DNA of 64,000 bases, taken from contig JBOHRW010000224.1 in NCBI GenBank assembly GCA_050732935.1, positions 2,220 to 66,219 on the forward strand, read 5' to 3'. The first letter of the stretch is position 1. Every line of letters starts with the position of its first letter. Below the pieces are notes generated by a model. It was not told the DNA's origin. It searched no databases and worked only from the letters and a program-made list of their open reading frames with translations. Position numbers and translations under genes: made by a program. This DNA comes from Gemmatimonadota bacterium. Lineage in GTDB: Bacteria; Gemmatimonadota; Gemmatimonadetes; JACCXV01; JAHWKZ01. Positions 1 to 9,848 of this stretch are shown one piece after another.

Positions 1-1
1 C

Positions 2-943
2 CATGAGCGCTACGCGGCCTACCGGGGAGAGGAGAGCTCGCGTGAGGCCCGTTACTGGCGGGCGCGGTCTGCGGAGCGTCTGGGGGATCTGGAGGGCGCG
101 CGTTCCGCGTACCGGACGCTCGCTTCCGGGGAAGACTACTACGCCCTGCTATCCCGCGACCGGCTGACGGGCGGCCCCGGAATTCTGCGCTTCGACGGGG
201 CGGGGTACCGTCCCGTCCCGACGCCCCCGATCGACGACGGAGCGGCGCTGCTGGCCGACCCGGCGGGAAGGCGCGCCGCCGCGCTCCTGCGCTTCGGGGA
301 GCGGCGCTACGCCCGGGCCGAGCTGGAGCGGGCGGTGGCCCGCAGGTGGGGGGATCGGTCGCTCCTCGGGACCTGGGCTCCCGCCCTTACGGCATGGGGC
401 TTCCCGGACCTCTCCCTCCGGATCGGCGTGTGGCTCGGCGACGCCCGGGAGGCGCTCGCGTATCCGCGAGGCTTCGCGGCCGCGATCGATGCCGAGGCCC
501 GGACCCACGGCCTCGACGCCTGGCTCGTGCTCGCGCTCATCCGCCAGGAGAGCCTCTTCGATGCCGGAGCGGTTTCCCCGGCCGGGGCGCGCGGGCTCAT
601 GCAGGTCATGCCGGCTACCGGGCGAGTCGTGGCCGTCGGGATGGCATGGCCGGAGTTCGATTCCCGGATGCTCGATGTTCCGGCGGTAAGCCTCCACCTC
701 GGCGCGACCTACATGGACGCCCGGCTGCGGCAGTTCGAGGCCTTCTGGCCGGCCGTGCTGGCCTCCTACAACGCCGGCCCCGAGGCGGTGTCCCGCTGGT
801 GGGCGTTTCCCGAGCGGACCCTGGACCCCGAGCTGTGGGTCGATCGGATCCCGTACAAGGAGACACGCGACTACGTGAAGAAGGTGCTGGCGCAGTACGC
901 GACCTACCGACGACTCCACGATGGCGGCTTCCCGGCTCGCTAG
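2..943 (+). CDS. Soluble lytic transglycosylase (Slt70-like), 5' partial
   Basis: Frame is open from the window start (EARYWRARSAERLG, DYYALLSRDRL). SLT motifs IRQESLF, GARGLMQVMP, ASYNAGP and IPYKETRDYVKKV are present. Confidence 0.9.
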   Translation, partial: HERYAAYRGEESSREARYWRARSAERLGDLEGARSAYRTLASGEDYYALLSRDRLTGGPGILRFDGAGYRPVPTPPIDDGAALLADPAGRRAAALLRFGERRYARAELERAVARRWGDRSLLGTWAPALTAWGFPDLSLRIGVWLGDAREALAYPRGFAAAIDAEARTHGLDAWLVLALIRQESLFDAGAVSPAGARGLMQVMPATGRVVAVGMAWPEFDSRMLDVPAVSLHLGATYMDARLRQFEAFWPAVLASYNAGPEAVSRWWAFPERTLDPELWVDRIPYKETRDYVKKVLAQYATYRRLHDGGFPAR

Positions 944-2336
944 AGGCCTGCTCCTGGCCGGGCTGGTCATCACCGTCCCGGTCCGGCCGGTCGCCGCCCA
1001 GTCCGACGGCGCGCGCGACGAGGCCATCGAGCACACCACTCTCGTCTATCCGCCCTTCGCGCACACCCTTGGCATCCACCGCGCCCGTCCCGTCCATCTG
1101 AAGCTCTTCCTCGGCGACCGCACGCGGTTCGACGACCCGCAGGGGGTGGCCGCGGTGAAGTTTGCCAGCGACGACGATCCCGAAGCCAAAGGGGACGACT
1201 ACCAGCTCACCCTCTTCGGCGTGAACTCGGGGCGCGGGGAGATCCTTTACAACTCCAGCATGCAGACGCTGGCGATCTACGGCGGGCAGGGGAGCGGACC
1301 CGGCAGGTTCTCCGCGCCGCGCGGGGTCGCGGCCACCGTGGACGGACGGATCTACGTAGCCGACACCGGGAATCGGCGGGTGGCGCGCCTGCGCTGGGAC
1401 CCGGTCGGCCGCAAGCTGGACTGGGTCGGGGAGTGGAGCGCGCCCGGTCCGTTCGACGTCGCGACCGATCAGCGTGGCAACCTGTGGGCCGCGGATCCCG
1501 TGGCGGAAGCCGTTCTTCGCTTCGCCGATTCGACCGCCGGGGCCGGGTCCTCGCTCCTGCCGCCCTCGCCCATCGACGGTGACCGGTGGCCTCTCCCGGA
1601 GGATGTAGAGGGACCGACCGCGCTGGCGATCGGGGACTCCCTCGATCCCTGGTATCATCCGCCCGGCTACCGCCTCTATCTGGTCGACCGGGACGGAGGG
1701 CGCCTTCGCGCCTACGACGCGGAGGGGAGGGTGCTGGCCGAGATCACGCCCGCCGAGCTGGACCGGCCGGACGACCGACCCGGCCACTTCGGCTACGTCG
1801 AGCTCGACTACTATGGCAACGTCTACGTTTCCGATCCCGTCGCGGAGGTGCTCTACAAGCTCGATCCCGCCCTGGAGCCGCTGGCGACGTTCCCGGGTCC
1901 CGGTCCCGCGACGGAAAGTCTGGTGGAGCCGCGCGGGGTGGCGATCTGGCCGCGCTTCGGTCAGGTGTTTGTCGCCGAGCGGGACGGGGCCCGGTACTTC
2001 TTCGTCGGGACCGACTTCCGGACGCTGAGCGACCCGGTGGAGGTGCGTGTGGCGGTAGACTCCGCCTACGCCTTCGATGTGTTCCTCACCGAGGTGTCGT
2101 TCGTCAACGCCGCCTTCCTGGGCGCGTCGGGCGACACGCTGGCGTTCGTGGAGACCGGCACCTACGGGCCGGGCCGCTTGACGATCGGGTGGAGCGCGGA
2201 AGACTGGACGGAGCCCCCGCCGCCCGACTTCCAGGACCGGGTGGAGCGGGTCGAAATCGAGGCCCGGCCGACCTATTCCAGTCGCAAGCGCTTCAGCCTC
2301 GTGCGTACCTTCGGGGTCCGCTGGAACCGGCCTTGA
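921..2336 (+). CDS. Secreted NHL-repeat beta-propeller protein
   Basis: Signal peptide ending VAAQ; NHL-like repeats FSAPRGVAATVDGRIYVADTGNRRV, YGNVYVSD and EPRGVAI. Confidence 0.75.
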   Translation: MAASRLARGLLLAGLVITVPVRPVAAQSDGARDEAIEHTTLVYPPFAHTLGIHRARPVHLKLFLGDRTRFDDPQGVAAVKFASDDDPEAKGDDYQLTLFGVNSGRGEILYNSSMQTLAIYGGQGSGPGRFSAPRGVAATVDGRIYVADTGNRRVARLRWDPVGRKLDWVGEWSAPGPFDVATDQRGNLWAADPVAEAVLRFADSTAGAGSSLLPPSPIDGDRWPLPEDVEGPTALAIGDSLDPWYHPPGYRLYLVDRDGGRLRAYDAEGRVLAEITPAELDRPDDRPGHFGYVELDYYGNVYVSDPVAEVLYKLDPALEPLATFPGPGPATESLVEPRGVAIWPRFGQVFVAERDGARYFFVGTDFRTLSDPVEVRVAVDSAYAFDVFLTEVSFVNAAFLGASGDTLAFVETGTYGPGRLTIGWSAEDWTEPPPPDFQDRVERVEIEARPTYSSRKRFSLVRTFGVRWNRP

Positions 2337-2362
2337 CACTCCTTCCGCCGGTCGGGTAGACT
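2333..2362 (+). promoter_or_regulatory. Sigma70-type promoter of cspA
   Basis: TTGACA (2333-2338), 18 nt spacer, TAGACT (2357-2362); SD AAGGAG at 2400. Confidence 0.6.
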
Positions 2363-2415
2363 GCGCTTCGGTCGTCCGCAACAGGCTCTCCCACTAGTGA
2401 AGGAGTCCCGCCGTC

Positions 2416-2616
2416 ATGGCCAAGGGCAAGGTCAAGTGGTTCAACGACGCCAAGGGGTACGGGTTCATCGAGCAGGATGCCGGGGAGGACGTCTTCGTCC
2501 ATTTCACCGCTATCCAGACCGATGGATTCAAGACGCTGGCCGAAGGACAGCAGGTGGAGTTCGAAGTCACAGCGGGCAAGAAGGGACCTCAGGCGGCGAA
2601 AGTCTTGAAGCTCTGA
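2416..2616 (+). CDS. cspA: Cold-shock protein
   Basis: 66 aa; [16 protein letters not shown] (RNP1) and DVFVHF (RNP2). Confidence 0.97.
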   Translation: MAKGKVKWFNDAKGYGFIEQDAGEDVFVHFTAIQTDGFKTLAEGQQVEFEVTAGKKGPQAAKVLKL

Positions 2617-2663
2617 GTTTCGGAACCGGCCACCCTGATCCGACGCACCGAGACACCTCACGA

Positions 2664-2693
2664 CGCCCCGCGCCATGGCGGGGCGTTCGTGTT
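2664..2693 (+). terminator. Probable intrinsic terminator after cspA
   Basis: 8-bp stem CGCCCCGC/GCGGGGCG with a 6-nt loop, followed by TTCGTGTTT. Confidence 0.55.
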
Positions 2694-2711
2694 TCCACAC
2701 CCCTTCGGGCG

Positions 2712-4850
2712 TTGGTGCTCCTCACCTTCGTCCTGGCCCTGGCGGCGACGCGGCGATCCTTCGCCCAGCCGGCGCCGGCGATATCCGGCTGCGAGGCTCG
2801 CCAGCAGGTCGGACAACCGGCCCCGGACCTCCACTGCATCGAGCTCCTTCCAAGCGCCCGGGCACCGGACGCCAGCGGGATCGTCCGGATGACTCCCGCC
2901 CCATCCCCGTTCGGCGTCTCGGTGGACGTCCGCGGCGTCCATCGCTGGAGCCTGGCGCTTGAGGCCGAAGGCCTTCCCGACCCGGAGTCGCTCGGTCCCT
3001 ACGGCACCTTCGTCGCGTGGGCGACCACGCCGCTCCTGCGGCCGGTGATACGGTTGGGCGAGGTCGGAGACGGTCGGATGGAGCTCGGCCCGGTCGCGCT
3101 CGACAAGTTTTTGATCCTCGTGACGGCCGAGGCCTCGCCCGGCGTGGAGGAGCCGGAGGGGCCGAGGGTCCTCCGCGGCACATCGCCCAGCATGGCGCTC
3201 CAGCCCCACGAGCTTCCCGCGCTTTTGGGGCCGGCGGTGGGCGCCGAGAGTGACGACGACGCGGACGGGCACGCGCACGGCGACGACGGGGAGGGCTGGG
3301 AGCCGCCGCCCATGCATCCCGGCGTGACGATGGTCCCCGGCATGCACACGGCGCGGCCCGACGTGGCGCCATGGCTTCCGCCGTGGGACCCGGCCACGCT
3401 TCCCGGAGCCCGCCCGCGGCAGGCGGTCCGGCTCGCGGACGGCGACTCCCTCGAGCTCACGGCCGCCCCCGTCCGGCGCACGATCGGCGGCCGCACCCTC
3501 GCCCTCCTCGGCTTCAACGGCCAGATCCCGGGGCCGCTCCTCCTGGTCCCCGAGGCCGCGACCGTGACCGTCCGCTTCACCAACCGGATCGACCGCCCGA
3601 CCACCGTCCACTGGCATGGGATCCGGCTGGACAACCGCTTCGACGGGGTACCCTTCGTGACCCAGGAGCCCGTCCCCCCCGGCGGCACGTTCGTCTACGA
3701 GGTGCGCTTCCCCGATCCCGGGCTCTACTGGTACCACCCCCACCACCGCGAGGACGTGACCCAGGACCTGGGGCTCTACGGAAACATCCTGGTCCGCTCC
3801 GAAGAGGGGTACGGCCCGGCCGACCGCGAGGAGCTGCTCGTCCTGGACGACCTTCTCCTGGACGCCGGCGGCCTCCCGGTGCCCTGGGGCGAGGAGACGG
3901 CCACCCACGCCCTCATGGGGCGCTTCGGGAACGTCTTCCTGGTGAACGGCGAACCGGACTATCGGCTCGAGGTCGGGCCGCGGTCCCTGGTGCGCTTCCT
4001 CCTGACCGACGTGTCCAGCACCCGCACCTACAACCTGTCGTTCGGGGCGCCGACCAAGGTCGTGGCGGCCGACCTCGGGCGGTTCGAGCGCGAGGAGATC
4101 GTGGAGAGCGTGGTGATCGGCCCGGCCGAGCGCTACGTGGTCGATGTCCGGTACGACGAGCCGGGGACGTACCCGATCCTGAACCGCGTGCGGGGCATCG
4201 ACATGGTGTACGGGAACTACCTGGCGGAGACGGACACGCTGGGGATCGTCGAGGTGACCGGCGATCTCCCGCCGGGCCGGCATGCCGACAGCTTCCGTCT
4301 GCTCCGCGAGCCGCCGGATGTCGGCGCCGAGATCGCGCGCTTCCGGGCGCTGGCCGAGGGGCCTGTGGACAGGGAGCTGGTCCTCGCCGTGGAGACCGAG
4401 GGCCTGCCTTTCCCGCTAGGGATCCTGCTGCGCCTGGAGCGCGCGTACTTCAACCCCCTCGAGTGGAGCGGCACCATGCCGGTCATGAACTGGGCCACTA
4501 CGGCGCGGCAGGTTCGCTGGGTGCTGCGCGATCCCGAGACCGACGACGAGAATATGGAGATCGAATGGCGGTTCCGGGTCGGAGACGTCGTCCGGATCCG
4601 CATCACCAACAGCCGCGAGGCGTTCCACGCCATGCAGCACCCGATCCATCTGCACGGGCAGCGGTTCCTGGTGGTGGCCAGGAACGGTGTCCCCAACGAC
4701 AATCTGGTCTGGAAGGACACCCTGATCGTTCCCGCGGGGCAGACCGCGGACCTGCTGGTCGAGATGTCGAACCCCGGCCGCTGGATGCTCCACTGCCACA
4801 TTGCGGAGCACCTCGAGGCGGGGATGAAGACCGTGGTCACGGTCGAATGA
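2712..4850 (+). CDS. Multicopper oxidase with long N-terminal extension (start uncertain, about 2691-2715)
   Basis: Cu motifs VHWHG, YWYHPH, HPIHLHG and WMLHCHIAEHLEAGM; signal peptide. The ORF-track start at 2397 overlaps cspA and is rejected. Confidence 0.9.
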   Translation: MVLLTFVLALAATRRSFAQPAPAISGCEARQQVGQPAPDLHCIELLPSARAPDASGIVRMTPAPSPFGVSVDVRGVHRWSLALEAEGLPDPESLGPYGTFVAWATTPLLRPVIRLGEVGDGRMELGPVALDKFLILVTAEASPGVEEPEGPRVLRGTSPSMALQPHELPALLGPAVGAESDDDADGHAHGDDGEGWEPPPMHPGVTMVPGMHTARPDVAPWLPPWDPATLPGARPRQAVRLADGDSLELTAAPVRRTIGGRTLALLGFNGQIPGPLLLVPEAATVTVRFTNRIDRPTTVHWHGIRLDNRFDGVPFVTQEPVPPGGTFVYEVRFPDPGLYWYHPHHREDVTQDLGLYGNILVRSEEGYGPADREELLVLDDLLLDAGGLPVPWGEETATHALMGRFGNVFLVNGEPDYRLEVGPRSLVRFLLTDVSSTRTYNLSFGAPTKVVAADLGRFEREEIVESVVIGPAERYVVDVRYDEPGTYPILNRVRGIDMVYGNYLAETDTLGIVEVTGDLPPGRHADSFRLLREPPDVGAEIARFRALAEGPVDRELVLAVETEGLPFPLGILLRLERAYFNPLEWSGTMPVMNWATTARQVRWVLRDPETDDENMEIEWRFRVGDVVRIRITNSREAFHAMQHPIHLHGQRFLVVARNGVPNDNLVWKDTLIVPAGQTADLLVEMSNPGRWMLHCHIAEHLEAGMKTVVTVE

Positions 4851-4902
4851 GAGGTCGTTCGATTCCGGAGCGTCGCCCTGAACCCCGCCCAAGGAGAGCC
4901 CG

Positions 4903-6327
4903 ATGCGGAAAGCCGCCTTCGCCTGCCTGACCCTGGCCGTCCTGGCCGCGCCCGCCGCCGCCCAGTCCCCGGACAGCCTGCCGACCGCGATCCAGGAGGT
5001 CGTGCGCGTCACGGCGCCGGTCGTGGCGCTGATGCACGTCCAGGTGGTGGACGGGACCGGCGCCGAGCCGCTTGCCGACCGGACGATCGTGATCGAGGAC
5101 GGCCGGATCGCCGCCGTCGGGTCGGCGGCGGAGGTCGAGATCCCGTCCGGCGCGGAGGTTCTCGACCTCGCCGGCCACACCGTGATTCCGGGATTCGTCG
5201 GCATGCACGACCACACCTTCTACACGACCTCGGGGCGGCGCGTGCAATCGACCTTCAGCGCGCCGCGGCTCTACCTCGCCGGCGGTGTGACGACCATCCG
5301 GACAACCGGCAGCTATCACCCCTACAGCGAACTCTCGCTGAAGCGCGGCATCGAGGCCGGTGAGGTGCCGGGCCCGCGGATCCATGTGACGGGGCCCTAT
5401 CTCACGGGCGGCAGCGGCGTGAGCTACATGACGCAGGTCTCGACCCCCGAGGACGCGCGCCAGGTCGTGGCCTACTGGGCGGAGGAGGGGGCGACGTGGT
5501 TCAAGGCGTATACGCAGATCAGTCGTGCCGATCTGGCGGCGGTGATCGACGAGGCGCACAGCCGCGGACTCAAGGTGACCGGCCACCTCTGCTCGGTATC
5601 CTTTCGTGAAGCCGTGGAGCTCGGGATCGACAACTTGGAGCATGGCTTTTTCACCAACACCGACTACGATCCGGACAAACCGCCGGACGAATGCCCGTCG
5701 GACTTTCGCGAGGCCTTGCTGACCGTCGACCTGGACGGGGCCGATGTCCAGCGGACCTTCGACGCCATGATCGAAAACGACGTCGCAATGACTTCGACGC
5801 TCGCCATCTACGAGCTGATCGTGCCCGGACGCCCGGCCGAGATCGACCCGCGCGTACTGGCCGCGCTGGCGCCGGAGGCCGAGGCCGACTACCTGGAGAG
5901 CCGCGAGGAGATCGCCGCGAATGCCGCCGAATCGCAGTGGCCCGAGCTCTTCCGCCGGGCCCAGGCATTCGAGAAGGTGTTCGTCGAGGCCGGCGGGCTC
6001 CTGGCGGCCGGGGTCGACCCGACCGGGATCGGCGGTGCGCTGCCCGGCTTCGGCGACCAGCGAAACTACGAGCTCCTGATCGAGGCCGGCTTCACGCCGG
6101 TCGAGGCGATCGAGATCATGACGCTGAACGGGGCCGAGGTGCTCGGCGAGGACGACGAGTACGGCTCGATCGAGGAGGGGAAGCTGGCCGAGCTGGTCGT
6201 GATCGAGGGCGATCCGATCGCCGATCCGGCCGAGATCCGGAACGTCCGGATCGTCTTCAAGGACGGCCTCGGCTACGACTCGGCGAAGCTGATCGAGTCG
6301 GTCGAGGGGCAGGTGGGGATCCGATAG
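4903..6327 (+). CDS. Secreted amidohydrolase family protein
   Basis: Signal peptide; IPGFVGMHDH, GGVTTIR, KVTGH, LEHG and GSIEEGKLAELVVIEGDP. Confidence 0.88.
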   Translation: MRKAAFACLTLAVLAAPAAAQSPDSLPTAIQEVVRVTAPVVALMHVQVVDGTGAEPLADRTIVIEDGRIAAVGSAAEVEIPSGAEVLDLAGHTVIPGFVGMHDHTFYTTSGRRVQSTFSAPRLYLAGGVTTIRTTGSYHPYSELSLKRGIEAGEVPGPRIHVTGPYLTGGSGVSYMTQVSTPEDARQVVAYWAEEGATWFKAYTQISRADLAAVIDEAHSRGLKVTGHLCSVSFREAVELGIDNLEHGFFTNTDYDPDKPPDECPSDFREALLTVDLDGADVQRTFDAMIENDVAMTSTLAIYELIVPGRPAEIDPRVLAALAPEAEADYLESREEIAANAAESQWPELFRRAQAFEKVFVEAGGLLAAGVDPTGIGGALPGFGDQRNYELLIEAGFTPVEAIEIMTLNGAEVLGEDDEYGSIEEGKLAELVVIEGDPIADPAEIRNVRIVFKDGLGYDSAKLIESVEGQVGIR

Positions 6328-6331
6328 ATCC

Positions 6332-6595
6332 ATGGACGACACGACGGTCGCGTCCACGATCCGCATCGAGCCGATGCGCGAGGCTGACTGGCCGGCGGTG
6401 GCCGAGGTCTATCGCCAGGGAATCGAGTCCGGCCACGCCACCTTCGAGACCGAGGTCCCCGCCCCCCAGGTATGGGACGCCGGCCACCTGCGGGCCGGAC
6501 GCCTGGTCGCCCGGGAGCGGCTGGGTCGGCTGGCCGGCGAATGGCGCGATGTCATCCTGCTCGAGCGGCGGAGCGGTTCGGTGGGCGTGGACTGA
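6332..6595 (+). pseudogene. GNAT N-acetyltransferase (Pat/YncA/ArsN-like) with in-frame internal deletion
   Basis: N-terminus IEPMREADWPAVAEVYRQGIESGHATFETE joins directly to C-terminus RERLGRLAGEWRDVILLERRS. The central acetyl-CoA-binding segment is absent; 87 aa. Confidence 0.8.
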
Positions 6596-6703
6596 CTCGA
6601 ATGAGCACGGACATGTTCCAGTACCAAAACTTACCTCCCTCGGATCCGAACGCCGATCGCCTTCGCCGCCTGAACCACGACGGGGGTCTGCAGATCAAGC
6701 TCC

Positions 6704-7003
6704 GTCGCCCAGACGGCCCACCGCGAGCTCGCTGCGGGCCGCGCCATCCTTTCGGTCGTAACGCTCGCCGAGCTACTGGTTGGCGCGCGCGACACGAAGG
6801 GAAGGATCCGACTGCAGAGGCTTCTCGAATCGTTCGTCGTAACCCCCGTGGATGAGGAGCTGGCGCAGCTGGCAGGACGTCTGGGGTCGTATGCGCGACG
6901 CCGTGGAACGCTGATTCCTCTCCCCGATCTCCTGATCGCCGCCACAGCCGTCCGGTTGGGAATGGCGCTCCCTGAGATCCATCCAGCCGGGGGAGTCGGA
7001 TAA
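6704..7003 (+). pseudogene. PIN-domain (VapC-like) toxin remnant
   Basis: Not in the ORF track. Reads AILSVVTLAELLVGARD...VTPVDEELAQLAGRL...IPLPDLLIAATAVRLG, stop 7001-7003. There is an in-frame stop at 6671, no start codon and no N-terminal DT motif. Confidence 0.7.
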
Positions 7004-7073
7004 GAGCCGGCCCTTCGAGGGATCCAGCCGGATCGAGCGGGCGCCGGTTGCGGGCGGTCGGTATCTTTTCCCG

Positions 7074-9776
7074 GTGAGTCGTCCCGCCTTCTATCTCATC
7101 GACGGCTACGCCCTCATCTACCGCTCCTACTTCGCGTTCGCCAAGAACCCGCTCAGGGCTTCGTCGGGCGAGGAGACGGGGGCGGCGTACGGGATGGCCA
7201 ACTTCCTGGTCCGTCTCCTGGACGAGCGGGAACCGGCCTACCTGGGGGTCGTGCTCGACAGCCGCGAGCGAACCTTCCGCCACCGCCAGTTCCCCGACTA
7301 CAAGGCGACGCGCGAGAAGATGCCCGACGACCTCAAGGCCCAGATCCCGCGCGTCCAGCAGGTCTTCGAGGCCTTCCGGGTGCCGGTCGTCGAGATTCCT
7401 GGCCAGGAGGCCGATGACGTGATCGGCTCCCTCGCCCGGAAGGGTGCCGATGGGGGGCTCGACGTCTACATCGTCTCGGGGGACAAAGATTTCTACCAGC
7501 TCATCGACGAGCACGTGATGCTGTACAACCCCGGCCGCGGGGGTCTGGCCGCCGTCGACGAGGAGGTCGTCGACCTGGCCAAGGCGCCCGAGAAGTTCGG
7601 CGTGGGTCCGGATCGGGTGATCGACATCCTCGGCTTTATGGGGGACTCCTCCGACAACATCCCCGGCGTCCCCGGCGTGGGGCTCAAGACGGCCCAGCGG
7701 CTGGTGACCGGGTGGGGAAGCATGGAGGACGTCTACGAGCACCTCGACGAGGCGGCCACGCCGAAGCTCCGCGAGAAGCTGGTCGAGCATCGCGAGGCGG
7801 CTCTTCTCTCGAAGGACCTGGTCACGATCCGGACCGACCTGGACGTGAAGCTGGACCTGGACTCGCTAACGGTCCGGGAGCCCGATCGCGATAAGGCGAC
7901 CGCGCTCTTCGCCGAGCTCGAGTTCGTGGCTCTCCTCAAGCGTTTTGGCGGCCGCGAGGCCTCGCTCGTCGAGGAGGCGATGTACCGCGTCGTCGACACG
8001 CCGGAGGCGCTGGGCGACCTGGTCGAGCGGCTCGAGGCGGCCGATCGCTTCGCCTTCGACGTGGAGACGACGAGCCTGGATCCGCTCTCGGCGGAGATCG
8101 TCGGGCTCGCGTTCGCGACCGATCCCGGTCGTGCCTGGTACGTGCCGGTGGGGCACGCCGAGGGCCGCAATCTGCCGCTCGGGACGGTGCTCGAGGGGAT
8201 GAAGCCGCTGCTCGAGAACGCGCACCGTCCCAAGGTCGGGCAGAACGTCAAGTACGACACCATCGTGCTGAGCGAGGTCGGTGTGGAGGTGAAGGGGATC
8301 GTGGCTGACGCGGGGCTGGCCGCCTACCTGCTCGACCCGGCGCGCCGGCAGTACAACCTGGACCTGCTGGCCCTCGAGCTCCTCGGCCACAAGATGATCG
8401 CCTACGACGACGTTACAAAGCCGGACGGCCGGAAGGATCCCCTCCCCTTCGCCGAGGTCCCGATCGAGGACGCCTCGCGCTACGCGTGCGAGGACGTCGA
8501 CGTCACTCTCCGGCTGGCCGATAGATTCCTGGGGGAGCTCGAGGAACGCGACCTGACGGATCTCTACCGCGAGGTCGAGCTCCCGCTCGTGCCGGTGCTG
8601 GCCGCTCTCGAGCGGCGAGGCGTAGCGCTGGACGTCGATTTCTTCCACCAGATGGCGGGGCGTCTCGAGGGCGAGCTGGCGACGCTCGAGCGGGAGTGCA
8701 CGATTCTGGCCGGCGGCGAGTTCAACCTGAACTCCCCGCACCAGCTCGCCGAGGTGCTGTTCGAGCGGCTCCATCTCCCCGTCGTCAAGCGCACCAAGAC
8801 CGGTTACTCCACGGACGCCGAGGTGCTGGAGACGCTGGCCACCGAGCACGAGCTGCCGCGAAAGATCCTCGAGTACCGGGAGCTGGCCAAGCTCAAGTCG
8901 ACCTACGTGGACGCGCTGCCAGCGGCGATCAACCCGGTCACGGGACGGCTCCACTCGAGCTTCAACCAGACCGTCGCGGCGAGCGGGCGGCTCTCCTCGA
9001 GCGAGCCGAACCTCCAGAACATTCCGATCCGGACCCCGCTCGGACGCGAGATCCGGCGCGGCTTCGTGCCGTCGGAGCCGGGATGGACCCTGCTGGTCAG
9101 CGACTACTCGCAGATCGAACTCCGGATCCTGGCGCACCTGTCCAAGGACCCGAACCTGGTGGACGCCTTCCGGTCGGGTCACGACGTCCACACGCAGACC
9201 GCGGCCCTGGTGTTCGGGATCGACCCCGGCGACGTGGACATCGGGCTCCGCGCGCGGGCCAAGATGGTCAACTTCGGCGTGGCCTACGGGATGGGCGCCT
9301 TCGGGCTCGCCCGCCGCCTCGGGATCCCCCGCGAGGAGGCCGAGGCCTTCATCAAGGGTTACTTCGAGCGCTTCCAGGCCGTCAGGCGTTTCCAGGAGGA
9401 GGCTATCGGACAGGCTCGGGAGCTCGGGTACGTGACCACCCTCCTCGGCCGGCGGCGGTACCTGCCGGAGATCCGGAGCAAGAGCTGGAACATCCGCTCG
9501 TTCGCGGAGCGCGTGGCGATCAACAGCCCGATCCAGGGGACGGCCGCGGACCTCATCAAGATCGCGATGATCCGGGTCCATGAACGGCTCGCGGAAGACG
9601 GGATCCCGGCGCGCATGCTGCTCACCGTGCACGACGAGCTCGTGTTCGAGGTCGAGGAGGGATCCGTGGATCCGCTGGCCGAGCTGGTCCGCGGCGAGAT
9701 GGAGAGCGCGATCGAGCTGGACGTCCCCGTCGAGGTCGGGATCGGCGTCGGGCCGACGTGGTACGACGCGAAATGA
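7074..9776 (+). CDS. polA: DNA polymerase I
   Basis: 5'-3' exonuclease (LIDGYALIYR, EADDVIG, GDSSDNIPGV), 3'-5' exonuclease (FDVETT) and polymerase motifs (DYSQIELR, RARAKMVNFG, TVHDEL). Confidence 0.99.
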   Translation: MSRPAFYLIDGYALIYRSYFAFAKNPLRASSGEETGAAYGMANFLVRLLDEREPAYLGVVLDSRERTFRHRQFPDYKATREKMPDDLKAQIPRVQQVFEAFRVPVVEIPGQEADDVIGSLARKGADGGLDVYIVSGDKDFYQLIDEHVMLYNPGRGGLAAVDEEVVDLAKAPEKFGVGPDRVIDILGFMGDSSDNIPGVPGVGLKTAQRLVTGWGSMEDVYEHLDEAATPKLREKLVEHREAALLSKDLVTIRTDLDVKLDLDSLTVREPDRDKATALFAELEFVALLKRFGGREASLVEEAMYRVVDTPEALGDLVERLEAADRFAFDVETTSLDPLSAEIVGLAFATDPGRAWYVPVGHAEGRNLPLGTVLEGMKPLLENAHRPKVGQNVKYDTIVLSEVGVEVKGIVADAGLAAYLLDPARRQYNLDLLALELLGHKMIAYDDVTKPDGRKDPLPFAEVPIEDASRYACEDVDVTLRLADRFLGELEERDLTDLYREVELPLVPVLAALERRGVALDVDFFHQMAGRLEGELATLERECTILAGGEFNLNSPHQLAEVLFERLHLPVVKRTKTGYSTDAEVLETLATEHELPRKILEYRELAKLKSTYVDALPAAINPVTGRLHSSFNQTVAASGRLSSSEPNLQNIPIRTPLGREIRRGFVPSEPGWTLLVSDYSQIELRILAHLSKDPNLVDAFRSGHDVHTQTAALVFGIDPGDVDIGLRARAKMVNFGVAYGMGAFGLARRLGIPREEAEAFIKGYFERFQAVRRFQEEAIGQARELGYVTTLLGRRRYLPEIRSKSWNIRSFAERVAINSPIQGTAADLIKIAMIRVHERLAEDGIPARMLLTVHDELVFEVEEGSVDPLAELVRGEMESAIELDVPVEVGIGVGPTWYDAK

Positions 9777-9848
9777 GCGGACCGCACGGAGCGGGCGGCA
9801 GGCAGAATCCATAGATTCCATGGGTACGCCAGCCGGAAGGATGGAGCC

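Noticed and set aside
2397-2690. ORF-track N-terminal extension of the multicopper oxidase
   Set aside because: Overlaps cspA and its terminator; the signal peptide begins near 2700.
4850-4875. GTTCGATTCC resembling a tRNA T-loop
   Set aside because: Flanks do not form a T-stem; the intergenic gap is only about 50 nt.
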